In this document: piece after piece, positions 53,641-64,000 of the stretch | Layout of the letters: every line of letters starts with the position of its first letter | Numbering within the stretch: position 1 is the stretch's first letter | Source of the DNA: Auanema rhodensis | Taxonomy: Eukaryota > Animalia > Nematoda | NCBI GenBank assembly: GCA_964057225.1 | Contig: CAXKVF010000077.1 | Coordinates: forward strand, 434,001-498,000 | Reading direction: 5' to 3' | DNA: 64,000 nucleotides | Translations under genes and position numbers: made by a program | Notes under the pieces: generated by a model | The model's database searches: none | Told to the model about the DNA's origin: nothing | The model's input: the letters and a program-made list of their open reading frames with translations, nothing else

Positions 53641-56600
53641 AATTAAAGTTCACGTAAATTTCAAAGTCATGGTTACCATGAACCAATATCAATAAAAATT
53701 TGTTTTTAGACTAATATGGACATGGGGAATCTAATTTTGAAAACCGCATCTCTTTATCTTTCACGTGAAGCGAGTTACATACCAAGTGCACATCACGTGT
53801 ACATTTAATTAGCATAAATTAAAGTTCACGTAAATTTCAAAGTCATGGTTACCATGCACCAATATCAATAAAAATTTGTTTTTAGACTAATATGGACATG
53901 GGGAATCTAATTTTGAAAACCGCATCTCTTTATCTTTCACGTGAAGCGAGTTACATACCAAGTGCACATCACGTGTACATTTAATTAGCATAAATTAAAG
54001 TTCACGTAAATTTCAAAGTCATGGTTACCATGAACCAATATCAATAAAAATTTGTTTTTAGACTAATATGGACATGGGGAATCTAATTTTGAAAACCGCA
54101 TCTCTTTATCTTTCACGTGAAGCGAGTTACATACCAAGTGCACATCACGTGTACATTTAATTAGCATAAATTAAAGTTCACGTAAATTTCAAAGTCATGG
54201 TTACCATGCACCAATGTCAATAAAAATTTGTTTTTAGACTAATATGGACATGGGGAATCAAATTTTGCAAACCGCATCTCTTCATCTTTCACGTGAAGCG
54301 AGTTACATACCAAGTGCACATCACGTGTACATTTAATTAGCATAAATTAAAGTTCACGTAAATTTCAAAGTCATGGTTACCATGCACCAATATCAATAAA
54401 AATTTGTTTTTAGACTAATATGGACATGGGGAATCTAATTTTGAAAACCGCATCTCTTTATCTTTCACGTGAAGCGAGTTACATACCAAGTGCACATCAC
54501 GTGTACATTTAATTAGCATAAATTAAAGTTCACGTAAATTTCAAAGTCATGGTTACCATGAACCAATATCAATAAAAATTTGTTTTTAGACTAATATGGA
54601 CATGGGGAATCTAATTTTGAAAACCGCATCTCTTTATCTTTCACGTGAAGCGAGTTACATACCAAGTGCACATCACGTGTACATTTAATTAGCATAAATT
54701 AAAGTTCACGTAAATTTCAAAGTCATGGTTACCATGAACCAATATCAATAAAAATTTGTTTTTAGACTAATATGGACATGGGGAATCTAATTTTGAAAAC
54801 CGCATCTCTTTATCTTTCACGTGAAGCGAGTTACATACCAAGTGCACATCACGTGTACATTTAATTAGCATAAATTAAAGTTCACGTAAATTTCAAAGTC
54901 ATGGTTACCATGCACCAATGTCAATAAAAATTTGTTTTTAGACTAATATGGACATGGGGAATCTAATTTTGCAAACCGCATCTCTTCATCTTTCACGTGA
55001 AGCGAGTTACATACCAAGTGCACATCACGTGTACATTTAATTAGCATAAATTAAAGTTCACGTAAATTTCAAAGTCATGGTTACCATGCACCAATATCAA
55101 TAAAAATTTGTTTTTAGACTAATATGGACATGGGGAATCTAATTTTGAAAACCGCATCTCTTTATCTTTCACGTGAAGCGAGTTACATACCAAGTGCACA
55201 TCACGTGTACATTTAATTAGCATAAATTAAAGTTCACGTAAATTTCAAAGTCATGGTTACCATGAACCAATATCAATAAAAATTTGTTTTTAGACTAATA
55301 TGGACATGGGGAATCTAATTTTGAAAACCGCATCTCTTTATCTTTCACGTGAAGCGAGTTACATACCAAGTGCACATCACGTGTACATTTAATTAGCATA
55401 AATTAAAGTTCACGTAAATTTCAAAGTCATGGTTACCATGAACCAATATCAATAAAAATTTGTTTTTAGACTAATATGGACATGGGGAATCTAATTTTGA
55501 AAACCGCATCTCTTTATCTTTCACGTGAAGCGAGTTACATACCAAGTGCACATCACGTGTACATTTAATTAGCATAAATTAAAGTTCACGTAAATTTCAA
55601 AGTCATGGTTACCATGCACCAATATCAATAAAAATTTGTTTTTAGACTAATATGGACATGGGGAATCTAATTTTGAAAACCGCATCTCTTTATCTTTCAC
55701 GTGAAGCGAGTTACATACCAAGTGCACATCACGTGTACATTTAATTAGCATAAATTAAAGTTCACGTAAATTTCAAAGTCATGGTTACCATGCACCAATA
55801 TCAATAAAAATTTGTTTTTAGACTAATATGGACATGGGGAATCTAATTTTGCAAACCGCATCTCTTCATCTTTCACGTGAAGCGAGTTACATACCAAGTG
55901 CACATCACGTGTACATTTAATTAGCATAAATTAAAGTTCACGTAAATTTCAAAGTCATGGTTACCATGAACCAATATCAATAAAAATTTGTTTTTAGACT
56001 AATATGGACATGGGGAATCTAATTTTGAAAACCGCATCTCTTTATCTTTCATGTGAAGCGAGTTACATACCAAGTGCACATCACGTGTACATTTAATTAG
56101 CATAAATTAAAGTTCACGTAAATTTCAAAGTCATGGTTACCATGAACCAATATCAATAAAAATTTGTTTTTAGACTAATATGGACATGGGGAATCTAATT
56201 TTGAAAACCGCATCTCTTTATCTTTCACGTGAAGCGAGTTACATACCAAGTGCACATCACGTGTACATTTAATTAGCATAAATTAAAGTTCACGTAAATT
56301 TCAAAGTCATGGTTACCATGCACCAATATCAATAAAAATTTGTTTTTAGACTAATATGGACATGGGGAATCTAATTTTGAAAACCGCATCTCTTTATCTT
56401 TCACGTGAAGCGAGTTACATACCAAGTGCACATCACGTGTACATTTAATTAGCATAAATTAAAGTTCACGTAAATTTCAAAGTCATGGTTACCATGCACC
56501 AATGTCAATAAAAATTTGTTTTTAGACTAATATGGACATGGGGAATCTAATTTTGCAAACCGCATCTCTTCATCTTTCACGTGAAGCGAGTTACATACCA

Positions 56601-59600
56601 AGTGCACATCACGTGTACATTTAATTAGCATAAATTAAAGTTCACGTAAATTTCAAAGTCATGGTTACCATGCACCAATATCAATAAAAATTTGTTTTTA
56701 GACTAATATGGACATGGGGAATCTAATTTTGAAAACCGCATCTCTTTATCTTTCACGTGAAGCGAGTTACATACCAAGTGCACATCACGTGTACATTTAA
56801 TTAGCATAAATTAAAGTTCACGTAAATTTCAAAGTCATGGTTACCATGAACCAATATCAATAAAAATTTGTTTTTAGACTAATATGGACATGGGGAATCT
56901 AATTTTGAAAACCGCATCTCTTTATCTTTCACGTGAAGCGAGTTACATACCAAGTGCACATCACGTGTACATTTAATTAGCATAAATTAAAGTTCACGTA
57001 AATTTCAAAGTCATGGTTACCATGAACCAATATCAATAAAAATTTGTTTTTAGACTAATATGGACATGGGGAATCTAATTTTGAAAACCGCATCTCTTTA
57101 TCTTTCACGTGAAGCGAGTTACATACCAAGTGCACATCACGTGTACATTTAATTAGCATAAATTAAAGTTCACGTAAATTTCAAAGTCATGGTTACCATG
57201 CACCAATGTCAATAAAAATTTGTTTTTAGACTAATATGGACATGGGGAATCTAATTTTGCAAACCGCATCTCTTCATCTTTCACGTGAAGCGAGTTACAT
57301 ACCAAGTGCACATCACGTGTACATTTAATTAGCATAAATTAAAGTTCACGTAAATTTCAAAGTCATGGTTACCATGCACCAATATCAATAAAAATTTGTT
57401 TTTAGACTAATATGGACATGGGGAATCTAATTTTGAAAACCGCATCTCTTTATCTTTCACGTGAAGCGAGTTACATACCAAGTGCACATCACGTGTACAT
57501 TTAATTAGCATAAATTAAAGTTCACGTAAATTTCAAAGTCATGGTTACCATGAACCAATATCAATAAAAATTTGTTTTTAGACTAATATGGACATGGGGA
57601 ATCTAATTTTGAAAACCGCATCTCTTTATCTTTCACGTGAAGCGAGTTACATACCAAGTGCACATCACGTGTACATTTAATTAGCATAAATTAAAGTTCA
57701 CGTAAATTTCAAAGTCATGGTTACCATGCACCAATATCAATAAAAATTTGTTTTTAGACTAATATGGACATGGGGAATCTAATTTTGCAAACCGCATCTC
57801 TTCATCTTTCACGTGAAGCGAGTTACATACCAAGTGCACATCACGTGTACATTTAATTAGCATAAATTAAAGTTCACGTAAATTTCAAAGTCATGGTTAC
57901 CATGAACCAATATCAATAAAAATTTGTTTTTAGACTAATATGGACATGGGGAATCTAATTTTGAAAACCGCATCTCTTTATCTTTCACGTGAAGCGAGTT
58001 ACATACCAAGTGCACATCACGTGTACATTTAATTAGCATAAATTAAAGTTCACGTAAATTTCAAAGTCATGGTTACCATGAACCAATATCAATAAAAATT
58101 TGTTTTTAGACTAATATGGACATGGGGAATCTAATTTTGAAAACCGCATCTCTTTATCTTTCACGTGAAGCGAGTTACATACCAAGTGCACATCACGTGT
58201 ACATTTAATTAGCATAAATTAAAGTTCACGTAAATTTCAAAGTCATGGTTACCATGCACCAATGTCAATAAAAATTTGTTTTTAGACTAATATGGACATG
58301 GGGAATCTAATTTTGAAAACCGCATCTCTTTATCTTTCACGTGAAGCGAGTTACATACCAAGTGCACATCACGTGTACATTTAATTAGCATAAATTAAAG
58401 TTCACGTAAATTTCAAAGTCATGGTTACCATGAACCAATATCAATAAAAATTTGTTTTTAGACTAATATGGACATGGGGAATCTAATTTTGAGAACCGCA
58501 TCTCTTTATCTTTCACGTGAAGCGAGTTACATACCAAGTGCACATCACGTGTACATTTAATTAGCATAAATTAAAGTTCACGTAAATTTCAAAGTCATGG
58601 TTACCATGCACCAATATCAATAAAAATTTGTTTTTAGACTAATATGGACATGGGGAATCTAATTTTGAAAACCGCATCTCTTTATCTTTCACGTGAAGCG
58701 AGTTACATACCAAGTGCACATCACGTGTACATTTAATTAGCATAAATTAAAGTTCACGTAAATTTCAAAGTCATGGTTACCATGAACCAATATCGATAAA
58801 AATTTGTTTTTAGACTGATATGGACATGGGGAATCTAATTTTGAAAACCGCATCTCTTTATCTTTCACGTGAAGCGAGTTACATACCAAGTGCACATCAC
58901 GTGTACATTTAATTAGCATAAATTAAAGTTCACGTAAATTTCAAAGTCATGGTTACCATGCACCAATATCAATAAAAATTTGTTTTTAGACTAATATGGA
59001 CATGGGGAATCTAATTTTCAAAACCGCATCTCTTTATCTTTCACGTGAAGCGAGTTACATACCAAGTGCACATCACGTGTACATTTAATTAGCATAAATT
59101 AAAGTTCACGTAAATTTCAAAGTCATGGTTACCATGCACCAATATCAATAAAAATTTGTTTTTAGACTAATATGTACATGGGGAATCTAATTTTGAAAAC
59201 CGCATCTCTTTATCTTTCACGTGAAGCGAGTTACATACCAAGTGCACTTCACGTGTACATTTAATTAGCATAAATTAAAGTTCACGTAAATTTCAAAGTC
59301 ATGGTTACCATGCACCAATGTCAATAAAAATTTGTTTTTAGACTAATATGGACATGGGGAATCTAATTTTGCAAACCGCATCTCTTCATCTTTCACGTGA
59401 AGCGAGTTACATACCAAGTGCACATCACGTTTACATTTAATTAGCATAAATTAAAGTTCACGTAAATTTCAAAGTCATGGTTACCATGCACCAATATCAA
59501 TAAAAATTTGTTTTTAGACTAATATGGACATGGGGAATCTAATTTTGAAAACCTCATCTCTTTATCTTTCACGTGAAGCGAGTTACATACCAAGTGCACA

Positions 59601-62600
59601 TCACGTGTACATTTAATTAGCATAAATTAAAGTTCACGTAAATTTCAAAGTCATGGTTACCATGAACCAATATCAATAAAAATTTGTTTTTAGACTAATA
59701 TGGACATGGGGAATCTAATTTTGAAAACCGCATCTCTTTATCTTTCACGTGAAGCGAGTTACATACCAAGTGCACATCACGTGTACATTTAATTAGCATA
59801 AATTAAAGTTCACGTAACTTTCAAAGTCATGGTTACCATGCACCAATATCAATAAAAATTTGTTTTTAGACTAATATGGACATGGGGAATCTAATTTTGA
59901 AAACCGCATCTCTTTATCTTTCACGTGAAGCGAGTTACATACTAAGTGCACATCACGTTTACATTTAATTAGCATAAATTAAAGTTCACGTAAATTTCAA
60001 AGTCATGGTTACCATGCACCAATATCAATAAAAATTTGTTTTTAGACTAATATGGACATGGGGAATCTAATTTTGAAAACCGCATCTCTTTATCTTTCAC
60101 GTGAAGCGAGTTACATACCAAGTGCACATCACGTGTACATTTAATTAGCATAAATTAAAGTTCACGTAAATTTCAAAGTCATGGTTACCATGAACCAATA
60201 TCAATAAAAATTTGTTTTTAGACTAATATGGACATGGGGAATCTAATTTTGAAAACCGCATCTCTTTACCTTTCACGTGAAGCGAGTTACATACCAAGTG
60301 CACATCACGTGTACATTTAATTAGCATAAATTAAAGTTCACGTAAATTTCAAAGTCATGGTTACCATGAACCAATATCAATAAAAATTTGTTTTTAGACT
60401 AATATGGACATGGGGAATTTAATTTTGCAAACCGCATCTCTTCATCTTTCACGTGAAGCGAGTTACATACCAAGTGCACATCACGTGTACATTTAATTAG
60501 CATAAATTAAAGTTCACGTAAATTTCAAAGTCATGGTTACCATGCACCAATATCAATAAAAATTTGTTTTTAGACTAATATGGACATGGGGAATCTAATT
60601 TTGAAAACCTCATCTCTTTATCTTTCACGTGAAGCGAGTTACATACCAAGTGCACATCACGTGTACATTTAATTAGCATAAATTAAAGTTCACGTAAATT
60701 TCAAAGTCATGGTTACCATGAACCAATATCAATAAAAATTTGTTTTTAGACTAATATGGACATGGGGAATCTGATTTTGAAAACCGCATCTCTTTATCTT
60801 TCACGTGAAGCGAGTTACATACCAAGTGCACATCACGTGTACATTTAATTAGCATAAATTAAAGTTCACGTAAATTTCAAAGTCATGGTTACCATGCACC
60901 AATATCAATAAAAATTTGTTTTTAAACTAATATGGACATGGGGAATCCAATTTTGAAAACCGCATCTCTTTATCTTTCACGTGAAGCGAGTTACATACCA
61001 AGTGCACATCACGTGTACATTTAATTAGCATAAATTAAAGTTCACGTAAATTTCAAAGTCATGGTTACCATGCACCAATATCAATAAAAATTTGTTTTTA
61101 GACTAATATGGACATGGGGAATCTAATTTTGAAAACCGCATCTCTTTATCTTTCACGTGAAGCGAGTTACATACCAAGTGCACATCACGTGTACATTTAA
61201 TTAGCATAAATTAAAGTTCACGTAAATTTCAAAGTCATGGTTACCATGAACCAATATCAATAAAAATTTGTTTTTAGACTAATATGGACATGGGGAATCT
61301 AATTTTGAAAACCGCATCTCTTTATCTTTCACGTGAAGCGAGTTACATACCAAGTGCACATCACGTGTACATTTAATTAGCATAAATTAAAGTTCACGTA
61401 AATTTCAAAGTCATGGTTACCATGCACCAATATCAATAAAAATTTGTTTTTAGACTAATATGGACATGGGGAATCTAATTTTGAAAACCGCATCTCTTTA
61501 TCTTTCACGTGAAGCGAGTTACATACCAAGTGCACATCACGTGTACATTTAATTAGCATAAATTAAAGTTCACGTAAATTTCAAAGTCATGGTTACCATG
61601 CACCAATATCAATAAAAATTTGTTTTTAGACTAATATGGACATGGGGAATCTAATTTTGAAAACCGCATCTCTTTATCTTTCACGTGAAGCGAGTTACAT
61701 ACCAAGTGCACATCACGTGTACATTTAATTAGCATAAATTAAAGTTCACGTAAATTTCAAAGTCATGGTTACCATGAACCAATATCAATAAAAATTTGTT
61801 TTTAGACTAATATGGACATGGGGAATCTAATTTTGAAAACCGCATCTCTTTATCTTTCACGTGAAGCGAGTTACAAACCAAGTGCACATCACGTGTACAT
61901 TTAATTAGCATAAATTAAAGTTCACGTAAATTTCAAAGTCATGGTTACCATGAACCAATATCAATAAAAATTTGTTTTTAGACTAATATGGACATGGGGA
62001 ATCTAATTTTGAAAACCGCATCTCTTTATCTTTCACGTGAAGCGAGTTACATACCAAGTGCACATCACGTATACATTTAATTAGCATAAATTAAAGTTCA
62101 CGTAAATTTCAAAGTCATGGTTACCATGAACCAATATCAATAAAAATTTGTTTTTAGACTAATATGGACATGGGGAATCTAATTTTGAAAACCGCATCTC
62201 TTTATCTTTCACGTGAAGCGAGTTACATACCAAGTGCACATCACGTGTACATTTAATTAGCATAAATTAAAGTTCACGTAAATTTCAAAGTCATGGTTAC
62301 CATGCACCAATATCAATAAAAATTTGTTTTTAGACTAATATGGACATGGGGAATCTAATTTTGAAAACCGCATCTCTTTATCTTTCACGTGAAGCGAGTT
62401 ACATACCAAGTGCACATCACGTGTACATTTAATTAGCATAAATTAAAGTTCACGTAAATTTCAAAGTCATGGTTACCATGCACCAATATCAATAAAAATT
62501 TGTTTTTAGACTAATATGGACATGGGGAATCTAATTTTGAAAACCGCATCTCTTCATCTTTCACGTGAAGCGAGTTACATACCAAGTGCACATCACGTGT

Positions 62601-64000
62601 ACATTTAATTAGCATAAATTAAAGTTCACGTAAATTTCAAAGTCATGGTTACCATGCACCAATATCAATAAAAATTTGTTTTTAGACTAATATGGACATG
62701 GGGAATCTAATTTTGAAAACCGCATCTCTTTATCTTTCACGTGAAGCGAGTTACATACCAAGTGCACAGCACGTGTACATTTAATTAGCATAAATTAAAG
62801 TTCACGTAAATTTCAAAGTCATGGTTACCATGAACCAATATCAATAAAAATTTGTTTTTAGACTAATATGGACATGGAGAATCTAATTTTGAAAACCGCA
62901 TCTCTTTATCTTTCACGTGAAGCGAGTTACATACCAAGTGCACATCACGTGTACATTTAATTAGCATAAATTAAAGTTCACGTAAATTTCAAAGTCATGG
63001 TTACCATGAACCAATATCAATAAAAATTTGTTTTTAGACTAATATGGACATGGGGAATCTAATTTTGAAAACCGCATCTCTTCATCTTTCACGTGAAGCG
63101 AGTTACATACCAAGTGCACATCACGTGTACATTTAATTAGCATAAATTAAAGTTCACGTAAATTTCAAAGTCTTGGTTACCATGCACCAATATCAATAAA
63201 AATTTGTTTTTAGACTAATATGGACATGGGGAATCTAATTTTGAAAACCGCATCTCTTTATCTTTCACGTGAAGCGAGTTACATACCAAGTGCACATCAC
63301 GTGTACATTTAATTAGCATAAATTAAAGTTCACGTAAATTTCAAAGTCATGGTTACCATGAACCAATATCAATAAAAATTTGTTTTTAGACTAATATGGA
63401 CATGGGGAATCTAATTTTGAAAACCGCATTTCTTTATCTTTCACGTGAAGCGAGTTACATACCAAGTGCACATCACGTGTACATTTAATTAGCATAAATT
63501 AAAGTTCACGTAAATTTCAAAGTCATGGTTACCATGAACCAATATCAATAAAAATTTGTTTTTAGACTAATATGGACATGGGGAATCTAATTTTGAAAAC
63601 CGCATCTCTTCATCTTTCACGTGAAGCGAGTTACATACCAAGTGCACATCACGTGTACATTTAATTAGCATAAATTAAAGTTCACGTAAATTTCAAAGTC
63701 ATGGTTACCATGCACCAATATCAATAAAAATTTGTTTTTAGACTAATATGGACATGGGGAATCTAATTTTGAAAACCGCATCTCTTTATCTTTCACGTGA
63801 AGCGAGTTACATACCAAGTGCACATCACGTGTACATTTAATTAGCATAAATTAAAGTTCACGTAAATTTCAAAGTCATGGTTACCATGCACCAATATCAA
63901 TAAAAATTTGTTTTTAGACTAATATGGACATGGGGAATCTAATTTTGAAAACCGCATCTCTTTATCTTTCACGTGAAGCGAGTTACATACCAAGTGCACA
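53641..64000. repeat. 176-bp satellite DNA tandem array, right arm (~59 monomers; continues beyond window end)
   Basis: Same monomer and orientation, resuming at monomer position ~86 (aattaaagttcacg). Monomer starts at 53732 and 63940 differ by exactly 58x176. Confidence 0.99.

Noticed and set aside
53468-53692. 74-aa ORF with (TTFSTH) repeats spanning the junction
   Set aside because: It is a chimera of satellite, junction fragment and the 18-bp repeats, with a non-ATG start.
1-64000. CRISPR array, or tandem 5S/tRNA/spliced-leader gene array
   Set aside because: There are no unique spacers or cas genes. The monomer shows no recognisable 5S, tRNA A/B box, SL1 or Sm-site sequence.

Overview
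Eukaryotic heterochromatin-type DNA. About 59 kb of the window is one head-to-tail satellite array: a 176-bp monomer of about 32% GC, about 336 copies, nearly identical, with local variant domains and higher-order duplications. It is interrupted once, at about 48839-53620, by an apparently full-length, intact CR1-clade non-LTR retrotransposon on the minus strand. The element runs: four 18-bp repeats, a pyrimidine-rich 5' UTR, ORF1, ORF2 (APE endonuclease plus reverse transcriptase), a ~500-nt 3' UTR and an (AATA)6 tail, with a 5-6 bp target-site duplication. The most notable observation is that ORF2 has no usable AUG (one Met in about 960 codons, downstream of YADD) and lies in the +1 frame relative to ORF1. 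ORF1 ends in UCC_UUU_CGU_UAA, which contains the influenza PA-X/amalgavirus-type +1 ribosomal frameshift motif. This predicts a LINE expressing a ~1296-aa ORF1-ORF2 fusion by programmed +1 frameshifting. The 5' junction also carries an extra 20-bp piece of the satellite, and ORF1 has an AT-hook-like motif, both hinting at a satellite-resident or satellite-targeting element. No host genes, RNA genes or CRISPR arrays are supported.
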